From Candidatus Shapirobacteria bacterium (GTDB taxonomy: Bacteria > Patescibacteriota > Microgenomatia > UM-FILTER-40-11): 64,000 nt of DNA. Shown piece after piece: positions 1 to 6,721 of this stretch; position 1 is the first letter of the stretch; each line of letters starts with the position of its first letter. The stretch is taken from assembly GCA_020059745.1 (NCBI GenBank), contig JAGVBK010000002.1, forward strand, positions 2,414 through 66,413, in the 5' to 3' direction. The notes under the pieces are model-generated. The model did no database searches and had not been told where the DNA came from. It saw only the letters and a program-made list of their open reading frames with translations. The position numbers and the translations under genes were made by a program.

Positions 1-1
1 T

Positions 2-451
2 GTTTCCACCGCCGGCATTCCTGGAAAAATCAAAGAGTTTGCGGATCTGGAAACACAAATTAACCTCGCTATCTCTCTTCATTCGCCATTCCAGGAAAAA
101 AGGGAAGAAATTATGCCTTCTGCTAAAAAAAACACTTTAGGTGAACTTATGGCTTCAGCCGAATACTATGTCAAAAAAACAAATCGTAAACTTTTTTTTG
201 AGTACGCGCTTATTAAAAACATTAACGACAGGAAAGAGGATGCCTTAGAGATTGCAAAGCTTTTTAGAAACAAACTCTTTCACCTTAATCTGATAAACTT
301 AAACCCCACCGGTTCAAAACATTATGCCGCCCTGCCTAAAAATATAGCTGAATTTACCAAAATTCTTGACCAAAAATATATTCCCTATACGATAAGAAGG
401 TCAGTAGGGGCCAGCATTCAGGCTGCTTGCGGCCAGCTGGCTGCAAAATAA
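2..451 (+). CDS. rlmN: 23S rRNA (adenine2503-C2)-methyltransferase RlmN, C-terminal fragment; the 5' end lies outside the window
   Basis: The frame is open from the window edge. The translation ...LAISLHSPFQEKREEI...NLINLNPTG...SIQAACGQLAAK matches the conserved C-terminal RlmN/Cfr radical-SAM region (ISLHAP...INLIPWNP...DIDAACGQLAG). Confidence 0.75.
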   Translation, partial: VSTAGIPGKIKEFADLETQINLAISLHSPFQEKREEIMPSAKKNTLGELMASAEYYVKKTNRKLFFEYALIKNINDRKEDALEIAKLFRNKLFHLNLINLNPTGSKHYAALPKNIAEFTKILDQKYIPYTIRRSVGASIQAACGQLAAK

Positions 452-467
452 TGTTATTATAAAAAAT

Positions 468-1049
468 ATGATTACGCATGTTATTTTTGATGTGGGCGGA
501 GTAATTGTTGATACCGGAAACTTTCCCATTAACACTGCTTCTTTTGTTGCCAGAGCAATTCAGTCTCCTATACTTCGGCTAAGAGCAAGATACCGATCTT
601 TGCTGCCAAAACTTGAGTCAGGCAAAGCTACTTTAAGCAAGCTTGACGAAAAAAGCGCTGCCAAAGTTCTTAGCGCTTACAAAACTTCAGTGGAAAAACT
701 TTTTAAAATCAATAAAGAAGTGCTTGAGACTGCCTTAGAGCTAAAAAAGAAATACAAAGTGGGTATTCTTTCAAACATTGACAGGTATTTGGCCGATATT
801 CCCATGCATAAAAAAATTTACTCTCTTTTTGATAAAAATTTGGTGGTTTTAAGCTATGAATACGGAGTAAGAAAACCTGAAAAAGAAATTTATGAAATTT
901 TCCTTAAAAAAGCTGGGGCCGAACCTGAAAACTGCCTTTTTATTGACGATAACCCTGACAATGTAAAATCTGCTAAGAAACTTGGAATTAAGGCAATTTT
1001 GTATAAAAACCCGAGACAGCTTAAAAAAGAGCTTAAAAAATACCTTTAA
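468..1049 (+). CDS. HAD-superfamily hydrolase
   Basis: N-terminal motif I VIFDVGGVI (DxDG-like) and C-terminal motif FIDDNPDNV are typical of HAD hydrolases. The ORF is 193 aa. Confidence 0.6.
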   Translation: MITHVIFDVGGVIVDTGNFPINTASFVARAIQSPILRLRARYRSLLPKLESGKATLSKLDEKSAAKVLSAYKTSVEKLFKINKEVLETALELKKKYKVGILSNIDRYLADIPMHKKIYSLFDKNLVVLSYEYGVRKPEKEIYEIFLKKAGAEPENCLFIDDNPDNVKSAKKLGIKAILYKNPRQLKKELKKYL

Positions 1050-1115
1050 ATCTGCTTGCATCTTTTTGGCTTCATGAGTTATCTTGTTTTACCTAGTTAA
1101 GGAGGTGAGTTTTTT

Positions 1116-1568
1116 ATGGAAATTGTTTCTCCTGCTTTTGACGAAAGGCAGTATATTCCGGACAAATACACTTGCGAAGGAGAGGATATAAATCCGCCGC
1201 TTTTTTTTATCGGTGTACCCAAAGAGGCGGAAAGTCTGGCTTTAATTGTTGATGATCCCGACTCGGTTACCAGCCAGGGAGGCTGGACCCATTGGCTCAT
1301 ATGGAATATAAAGCCTTCAGTGGAAAAGATTGAAGAAAATTCTCTCCCCAACGGAGCAGTGCAAGGAAAAACTGATTTTGGCTTTAATCACTGGGGAGGG
1401 CCTTGTCCCCCGAAAGGCATTACCCATCATTATCGTTTCATGCTTTTTGCCCTAAAAGATCTTATTCATCTGCCAGAAGGCGCAGACAAAATGTCTTTAA
1501 CTGAAGCTTTAAACGATTTAGTTTTGGATCAGGCAGAACTGGTCGGGCTTTATGCCAGAAAGTCATGA
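1116..1568 (+). CDS. YbhB/YbcL (PEBP / Raf-kinase-inhibitor-like) family protein
   Basis: Conserved motifs DDPDS, WTHWLIWNI and a GxHHY-like motif (GITHHYRF) of bacterial PEBP proteins. A strong SD (aaggagg) lies upstream. Confidence 0.65.
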   Translation: MEIVSPAFDERQYIPDKYTCEGEDINPPLFFIGVPKEAESLALIVDDPDSVTSQGGWTHWLIWNIKPSVEKIEENSLPNGAVQGKTDFGFNHWGGPCPPKGITHHYRFMLFALKDLIHLPEGADKMSLTEALNDLVLDQAELVGLYARKS

Positions 1569-2678
1569 GACAAACTGGACAACTGTTTCGTCCAGGGGAA
1601 CAAAGGAGAAGCTGACTTCCTGGCCAGGATACTTTGCTCCAGGGCCAAATACCTTTGCTGAATTAAGATTTTCTTTGTTTCTTAAAGAAATGTTTTCAAG
1701 TATCTCTCTTAGGCTTAAACCTTCCTTTATAACCAGAGGAGAATCGTAGTCAATATTTTCTCCCTCTTTAAGATACACCCTTATTAGTTTTAAGCGCTTC
1801 CAAACTTCTTCCTTTAAAGTTTCAAGGTTCTTTCCTTCCTGGGAGCTTATAAATATTGGCTTTTCTCCCTCAATCTCGGGAATTTCTTTCCCTCGAGAGC
1901 CTAAATCGATTTTGTTTACAACAACAACAAAAGGAAGATAAACTCGGTTCCCTATAAAAGCATCAACCAGACGGTCGAGAGTAATGTCTTCTTTAATTAT
2001 GATCTCTGCATTGGCTAGCCTGAATTCTCCTGCTAATGAGCGGATAGTATCATAACTAAGTTTAAGGCTGGTGGTTGAGTTAACCTTTATTCCCCCTGAC
2101 GGCTTTTTAAGGATGGTTACTTCAGGCTTTTTCTCATTCAGCCTGACACCGGCTTCTCTAAGTTCGCCAATAATCTGGGGAATTAGTTTCACAGTTTTGA
2201 TATCAACCATAATTACAATCAGGTCAGCATTTCTTGCCACAGCTAAGACTTCCTTGCCCCTGCCTTTACCCGAAGCAGCGCCGGAAACAATCCCCGGAAC
2301 ATCAAAAATCTGTATTTTTGCTCCTTTGAAATCAAGCATGCCAGGAATAACATTTAAAGTGGTAAAGTCATAAGCCCCGATTTTAGAATCAGCATTGGTC
2401 AACCTGTTAAGAAGGGTGGATTTACCGACTGATGGAGGCCCCACTAAAACAACGGTAGCGTCTCCGGTGCTCCTGATTGCATATCCGCCGCCTCCACCCC
2501 CTTTGCCTTTAAAAGCTTTTTCGATCTGCTCTTCTTTTAGTCTGGCAATTCTGGCTTTAAGTTTACCAATATGATGCTCTGTCCCTTTGTGATAGGGAGT
2601 TTTTCTGATTTCTTCTTCAAGCTCTTTAATTCTATCTTCGTTTGTCTGCATTTTTAGGTAAAATGGTATAATAATCAA
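1563..2678 (-). CDS. DRG-family GTPase (OBG-HflX superfamily) with C-terminal TGS domain
   Basis: N-terminal segment TPYHKGTEHHIGKLKARIARLKEE is a DRG/Rbg1 hallmark. P-loop GPPSVGKST and NKID are present, and the C-terminal TGS-like region reads IRVYLKEGEN...GQEVSFSF. There is no glycine-rich Obg fold. Confidence 0.65.
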   Translation of the reverse strand: MIIIPFYLKMQTNEDRIKELEEEIRKTPYHKGTEHHIGKLKARIARLKEEQIEKAFKGKGGGGGGYAIRSTGDATVVLVGPPSVGKSTLLNRLTNADSKIGAYDFTTLNVIPGMLDFKGAKIQIFDVPGIVSGAASGKGRGKEVLAVARNADLIVIMVDIKTVKLIPQIIGELREAGVRLNEKKPEVTILKKPSGGIKVNSTTSLKLSYDTIRSLAGEFRLANAEIIIKEDITLDRLVDAFIGNRVYLPFVVVVNKIDLGSRGKEIPEIEGEKPIFISSQEGKNLETLKEEVWKRLKLIRVYLKEGENIDYDSPLVIKEGLSLREILENISLRNKENLNSAKVFGPGAKYPGQEVSFSFVPLDETVVQFVS

Positions 2679-2690
2679 CCAACCGCTAGT

Positions 2691-4187
2691 ATGAAAAAAT
2701 TCCTTGTTTCAGCCATTATTTTAACATTTTTCATTTTCTTAGCTCCAAATCTATTTGTTATAAGCACCCAAAGCCAAGCCCAAGAGCATGTTTTGGAAGT
2801 AAAAGGGGAGTTTAGTCAAGAATATTCTGAAGAAAATACTAATCAGTTTGGCATTCATATCCTTGATCCTTCTGACCTTGATAAAGCTCGTGAGCTTGTT
2901 AATTCAACCGGCGGAGACTGGGGGTGGGTCACTATAGTTATCAGGGACAATGACCTCAACTACCAAAAATGGCAGGAATTCTTTGACCAATGCCGGGAAA
3001 AGCATCTTATCCCCATTGTCAGAATTGCCACCCATAATGTTGATTCTTACTGGGTAAAGCCAGAAGAACAAGATGCAGAAAAATGGGCTGATTTTCTTTC
3101 CTCGCTTAACTGGCCAACTGAAAAAAAGCATGTCATCATCTTTAATGAACCCAACCATGCCAAAGAGTGGGGCAACAACATAAATCCTCAAGAATACGCC
3201 AGAATTCTCAATAGCTTTGCTTTCAGCCTAAAAGAGAGAAGTAAAAACTTCATGATCATGAACGCTGGTCTTGATTTGGCTGCTCCTAACTCAAAGGAGA
3301 CCATGGAAGCCTACCGCTTTATGGAGGAGATGAGAAAAGAAGTTCCTGATATCTTTGAAAAAATTGATGCCTGGTCATCCCATTCTTATCCAAATCACGG
3401 TTTTGTCGGCAAGCCCTGGGAAAGCGGCAAAACTAGTATCAGGGGTTATGAATGGGAGCTTTCAGTTCTCAAAAACAACTTTGGCGTTAAAAAAGACCTG
3501 TCTGTTTTTATCACAGAAACAGGCTGGCCAAAAAGCGAAAGTAAATATGTCTGGCAAAGAACAAAATATGGCTTAAGAAAAGTAGCTGTCAGTAAGTACT
3601 ATGATTCAAATACGGCGGCAGAGTATCTTAAAAAAGCTTTTGAAGAAGTATGGCTGAAAGACAAAAGGGTAAAAGCGATTACTCCCTTTGTCCTTAATTA
3701 CCCGAACGAACTTTTTGAAAGTTTTTCCTGGTTTGACAAAGAAGGAAAACCATATCCCCAGTACGAAATTATAAAATCAATGGTCAAAGACCGCTGGTGG
3801 CCGAGCCAGGAAACAAAATATGAAATTGAGTCTATTTATCTTCCTTCTTTCATGCCCGTAAAAACAAAATTCTCTGGAAAAATGAAAATAAAAAATGTAG
3901 GCCAATCCATTTGGGGAGACAGAGAAATTTTAAGCGTAGTTTCTCATAACACCGGAGATCTGGTGATAAGCGACCTCATGCTGGGAACAACCAAAGTAAA
4001 ACCAGGCGAAACAATTGAGGTAGAGTTTACTATTGAATCAGCCACTAAATCAGGCCGTTTTAAAATCGGCTGGGAAAAAATGCCTGAATTTGAGCTTAGA
4101 GTCATGCCTCCATCAATTCTTACAGCTGCAAAATATAACCTCTGGGAATCTTTCTTCTTAAAAATAAAATACTTTTTCTTAAAGTAA
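2691..4187 (+). CDS. secreted glycoside hydrolase, clan GH-A (GH5-like) catalytic domain plus C-terminal beta-rich domain
   Basis: Signal peptide MKKFLVSAIILTFFIFLAPN. IFNEPNH (NEP acid/base) and FITETGWP (TExG nucleophile) signatures are typical of (beta/alpha)8 retaining glycosidases. Confidence 0.5.
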   Translation: MKKFLVSAIILTFFIFLAPNLFVISTQSQAQEHVLEVKGEFSQEYSEENTNQFGIHILDPSDLDKARELVNSTGGDWGWVTIVIRDNDLNYQKWQEFFDQCREKHLIPIVRIATHNVDSYWVKPEEQDAEKWADFLSSLNWPTEKKHVIIFNEPNHAKEWGNNINPQEYARILNSFAFSLKERSKNFMIMNAGLDLAAPNSKETMEAYRFMEEMRKEVPDIFEKIDAWSSHSYPNHGFVGKPWESGKTSIRGYEWELSVLKNNFGVKKDLSVFITETGWPKSESKYVWQRTKYGLRKVAVSKYYDSNTAAEYLKKAFEEVWLKDKRVKAITPFVLNYPNELFESFSWFDKEGKPYPQYEIIKSMVKDRWWPSQETKYEIESIYLPSFMPVKTKFSGKMKIKNVGQSIWGDREILSVVSHNTGDLVISDLMLGTTKVKPGETIEVEFTIESATKSGRFKIGWEKMPEFELRVMPPSILTAAKYNLWESFFLKIKYFFLK

Positions 4188-4820
4188 TTTCATCCGGGAA
4201 GATGTGTCGACAGTAAAAACACAAGTATCTGGAAGAGTGGTTTCTCTTTCGATAACCCTCTCAAAGTTAAAGGGTTTTAATGTATAGGGGTAAGAAAAAG
4301 GAAATGTAGAAATAAGAAATAAACTTTCGTTAGGTCCTGTAATTGCAACTCTTACAAAATCTTTCCTACTCCTCTCAGGAATTTCCAAAGAAAGTTCGTC
4401 TGGTTCTCTAAAAGGGTCTTGCACAACTCTTCTAAACTGTTCAGGGACAACTATGTCATCAAGATAAAGTTTACTGTTATTCATTTTTGTTGCAGTTTTG
4501 TAAACTTCGACTAAAACACTAACTGCTTTTTCTGCGTTTTCTCCTTTCTCCCCGGTATTTAAAATCAAATAGTGTGAGTCAACCTGTCTGCAACCCAACT
4601 CTTTAATATAGCTTCCGGCCCTTAAGTATTTAAGCCCAGGGTTAAACTCTGGTAAAATCAACCTCATGTCGTTAACAAATTGCTTCATGGGCTCGGTTTC
4701 TGAAGGGGTGGGGGATTCGGAAGGACTCACTTGCTCTCCCGCACAGGCGGTCAGTACAACCGCTCCGGCAGCTCCAGCAGCAAATCTAATTAAATCTCTG
4801 CGTGAAATCTTTCTTTCCAT
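4179..4820 (-). CDS. hypothetical Tat-signal lipoprotein; start moved to the internal ATG
   Basis: The track ORF start at 4883 overlaps the tRNA-Lys gene. The internal start MERKISRRDLIRFAAGAAGAVVLTAC carries a twin-arginine motif followed by a lipobox Cys. No recognisable catalytic motifs. Confidence 0.45.
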   Translation of the reverse strand: MERKISRRDLIRFAAGAAGAVVLTACAGEQVSPSESPTPSETEPMKQFVNDMRLILPEFNPGLKYLRAGSYIKELGCRQVDSHYLILNTGEKGENAEKAVSVLVEVYKTATKMNNSKLYLDDIVVPEQFRRVVQDPFREPDELSLEIPERSRKDFVRVAITGPNESLFLISTFPFSYPYTLKPFNFERVIERETTLPDTCVFTVDTSSRMKLL

Positions 4821-4825
4821 ATATG

Positions 4826-4897
4826 TGAGGCTGGAAGGATTCGAACCTTCGGCCAATCGCTTAAGAGGCGACTGCTCTACCACTGAGCTACAGCCCC
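4826..4897 (-). tRNA. tRNA-Lys (anticodon CTT), complete cloverleaf, CCA not encoded
   Basis: The reverse complement reads GGGGCTGTAGCTCAGTGGTAGAGCAGTCGCCTCTTAAGCGATTGGCCGAAGGTTCGAATCCTTCCAGCCTCA. It has a 7-bp acceptor stem (one G-U pair), GTTCGAATC T-loop and anticodon loop CTCTTAA. Confidence 0.85.
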
Positions 4898-5148
4898 AGT
4901 TTCTTTTTAATAAACTCTCTTCCTTTAAATGATTTCAACTCTTTCTCTCTCTTAAGAGCTTCATTCCTTGTCTTTAGCTCTTCGTTATAAACAAGTTCCC
5001 AAGGACCTTGATTTTTATAAGTATAACTCCTCGTTTTGCTTGGCAATACCCGATTATGTCTTAAAAGTCTTTCTTCAATATTGTTCGTCTGGCCAATATA
5101 TATTTTTCCAGAAGTCAAACTTCTAACTACATAAACAAAATATCCCAT
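4888..5148 (-). CDS. GIY-YIG nuclease family protein (small stand-alone, UPF0213-like)
   Basis: MGYFVYVVRSLTSGKIYIGQTNNIEERLLRHN is the canonical GIY-YIG motif (YxYxL..GxxYIGxT...R..EHN). The ORF starts 14 nt downstream of a partial tRNA-Lys copy. Confidence 0.75.
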   Translation of the reverse strand: MGYFVYVVRSLTSGKIYIGQTNNIEERLLRHNRVLPSKTRSYTYKNQGPWELVYNEELKTRNEALKREKELKSFKGREFIKKKLGL

Positions 5149-5161
5149 ATCTTACCCGTTT

Positions 5162-5212
5162 AATCGCTTAAGAGTCCGCCGGCTGGCGGATCTACCACTG
5201 AGCTACAGCCCC
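5162..5212 (-). repeat. partial tRNA-Lys copy 2: acceptor 5' strand and D-arm, a 16-nt GC hairpin insertion, then an anticodon-loop segment; the T-arm and acceptor 3' strand are missing
   Basis: The reverse complement GGGGCTGTAGCTCAGTGGTAGA|TCCGCCAGCCGGCGGA|CTCTTAAGCGATT matches the full tRNA-Lys at 4826-4897 outside the inserted hairpin. It then diverges into the GIY-YIG start. Confidence 0.7.
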
Positions 5213-5220
5213 AAGATAAT

Positions 5221-5460
5221 CTATATTCTGCTTTCTAAAAATCTTCTTCCGAATCCCGTCTTAAAATACTTTTCTCTTTTCAAAGCCTTTTCTTTATTTA
5301 AACAAGCCTCATAATATACCAAACAAAAGGGAATTCTGTTTCTTGTTGATTCAACTAAACCTTTATTATGTTCTTCCACTCTTCTTTTGAGATTATCTGT
5401 GTAACCAACATAAAGATCTGAATCAACTTTACTTTTTAAAACATAAGTGTAATACGTTTG
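5221..5460 (-). CDS. second GIY-YIG nuclease family ORF with no ATG/GTG/TTG start; possible pseudogene or non-canonical initiation
   Basis: The stop-to-stop frame translates QTYYTYVLKSKVDSDLYVGYTDNLKRRVEEHNKGLVES...KREKYFKTGFGRRFLESRI with a full GIY-YIG motif. The first sense codon follows a TAA directly. The ORF is absent from the track because it has no start codon. Confidence 0.5.
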   Translation of the reverse strand, partial: QTYYTYVLKSKVDSDLYVGYTDNLKRRVEEHNKGLVESTRNRIPFCLVYYEACLNKEKALKREKYFKTGFGRRFLESRI

Positions 5461-5477
5461 TTAAAAGTATTTTAAAG

Positions 5478-5547
5478 TACTGCTCTACCTGCCCGCAACG
5501 CCAGCAAGCTGGCTTGCGTGGCGGGCGAGCCACTGAGCTACAGCCCC
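5478..5547 (-). repeat. partial tRNA-Lys copy 3: the 5' half with a roughly 42-nt GC-rich imperfect hairpin inserted at the same D-loop position as in copy 2
   Basis: The reverse complement reads GGGGCTGTAGCTCAGTGG|CTCGCCCGCCACGCAAGCCAGCTTGCTGGCGTTGCGGGCAGG|TAGAGCAGTACTTTAAAATACT. The flanks are identical to tRNA-Lys positions 1-18 and 19-27. Confidence 0.65.
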
Positions 5548-5588
5548 GGATATCAAACTCTAAACCCTAAAATCTAAACTCAAATAGG

Positions 5589-5662
5589 TGCGCCAGGGGT
5601 GATTCGAACACCCGACCCCTTGTTCCGAAGACAAGTGCTCTAATCCGCTGAGCTACTGGCGC
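5589..5662 (-). tRNA. tRNA-Arg (anticodon TCG)
   Basis: The reverse complement reads GCGCCAGTAGCTCAGCGGATTAGAGCACTTGTCTTCGGAACAAGGGGTCGGGTGTTCGAATCACCCCTGGCGCA. It has a perfect 7-bp acceptor stem and anticodon loop CTTCGGA. Confidence 0.85.
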
Positions 5663-5809
5663 TCGATTTATCACTCAAAAGGCTCATAAATTATAACATT
5701 TTTGAGACTTAATTTCCTCAGTTTTATATTAAAAATTGCCAAAAGTGTTAGAATATAGATATCGGAGTCTCTTCGGTTCATTGGGCAAAGGCGCCCAAAA
5801 GGAGGCAAA

Positions 5810-5950
5810 ATGAGAGACGAAGAGATAATCGAACAGCACTTGAGGCAGCGTGAAGCCTCTGAGGGTGATCGGTTTTTTAGGTTTTTCATCATCGGAACAA
5901 TCCTGTTCATCCTCATCCTCGCGTTGCCGTACATTGTTGCTGTCATCTAG
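5810..5950 (+). CDS. small hydrophobic peptide (46 aa), hypothetical
   Basis: SD AAGGAGG lies 6-7 nt upstream of the ATG. The translation is MRDEEIIEQHLRQREASEGDRFFRFFIIGTILFILILALPYIVAVI. A GC hairpin and T-run after the stop look like a terminator. Not in the ORF track, which has a 60-aa minimum. Confidence 0.4.
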   Translation: MRDEEIIEQHLRQREASEGDRFFRFFIIGTILFILILALPYIVAVI

Positions 5951-6046
5951 TTTTGGCTAGCCCGGCTCTGAGGGTTTTTTCCTACCTTCATCCGGGCAAT
6001 TCCTTTAACGCTTCCTATTCTTTTTTTTAATTGCTAAAATAGATTA

Positions 6047-6721
6047 ATGAAAACAAATATTGTTGCCACTATCGGCCCGTCTTCGCTTAATCTTTCTATC
6101 TTCAACAAAATGGTTGAGGCAGGTATGGATTTTATCCGCCTGAACTCCAAATACGGCACCCATACTCAATATGACAAAGCTTTAAAAGATGCCGGTAAAA
6201 ACTCAAGTCTTGAGATTATTTTTGATATTTCCACCCTCCAGGCCCTTGATTATTTTATTAAAAATGACCTTGAATACTTGGCATTGTCTTTTGCCGAATC
6301 AAGGGAACAAATTGAAGAAATTAAAAAAATTGCTCCCAAGGCAAAAATCATTTCTAAAATTGAATCCGTAAAAGGGGTTGAAAACTACGATGAAATCGTG
6401 GATTCTTCCTGGGGGGTAATGATTGCCAGGGGGGACCTGGGTAAGGCGATTCCTTTAGAGCAAATACCGTGTCTGCAAAAGAGCCTTGTTGCTAAAGCGG
6501 TAAAAAAGGGAAAGTTTGTTATTGTTGCCACAGAAATGCTTCTTTCTATGGTAGAAAACCCAATCCCTACCAGGGCAGAAGTCTCGGATGTGGCCAACGC
6601 CATTTATGATGGCGCTTCAGCGGTAATGCTTTCCGAAGAAACGGCCATCGGTAAATACCCGGTTGAATCAGTAGATTTCATGAACAAGATAATCAAACAC
6701 ACCGAAAGCTGTATTTTTTAA
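6047..6721 (+). CDS. pyruvate kinase-like (beta/alpha)8 barrel protein lacking the B (lid) domain and the C-terminal domain
   Basis: MKTNIVATIGPSS matches the pyruvate kinase N-terminus KTKIVCTIGP. MIARGDLG, ATEMLLSM, PTRAEVSDVANAIYDGASAVMLSEETAIGKYP are the conserved A-domain active-site motifs. The ORF is only 224 aa and abuts the rarA stop. Confidence 0.6.
   Translation: MKTNIVATIGPSSLNLSIFNKMVEAGMDFIRLNSKYGTHTQYDKALKDAGKNSSLEIIFDISTLQALDYFIKNDLEYLALSFAESREQIEEIKKIAPKAKIISKIESVKGVENYDEIVDSSWGVMIARGDLGKAIPLEQIPCLQKSLVAKAVKKGKFVIVATEMLLSMVENPIPTRAEVSDVANAIYDGASAVMLSEETAIGKYPVESVDFMNKIIKHTESCIF

Noticed and set aside
849-1061. Numerous short antisense or overlapping ORFs in the track (for example 849-1061, 2071-2373, 2904-3191, 7277-7561, 9107-9451, 36435-37079, 50372-50955, 51112-52296)
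   Set aside because: Each lies wholly inside a longer ORF on the opposite strand or in another frame that has clear homology-type motifs. They have no SD and aberrant composition. Treated as non-coding shadows.
5671-5946. 91-aa ORF on the - strand in the tRNA/leader region
   Set aside because: It has no SD, its composition is unlike neighbouring genes, and it lies antisense to a better-supported SD-driven small ORF and terminator. Judged spurious.
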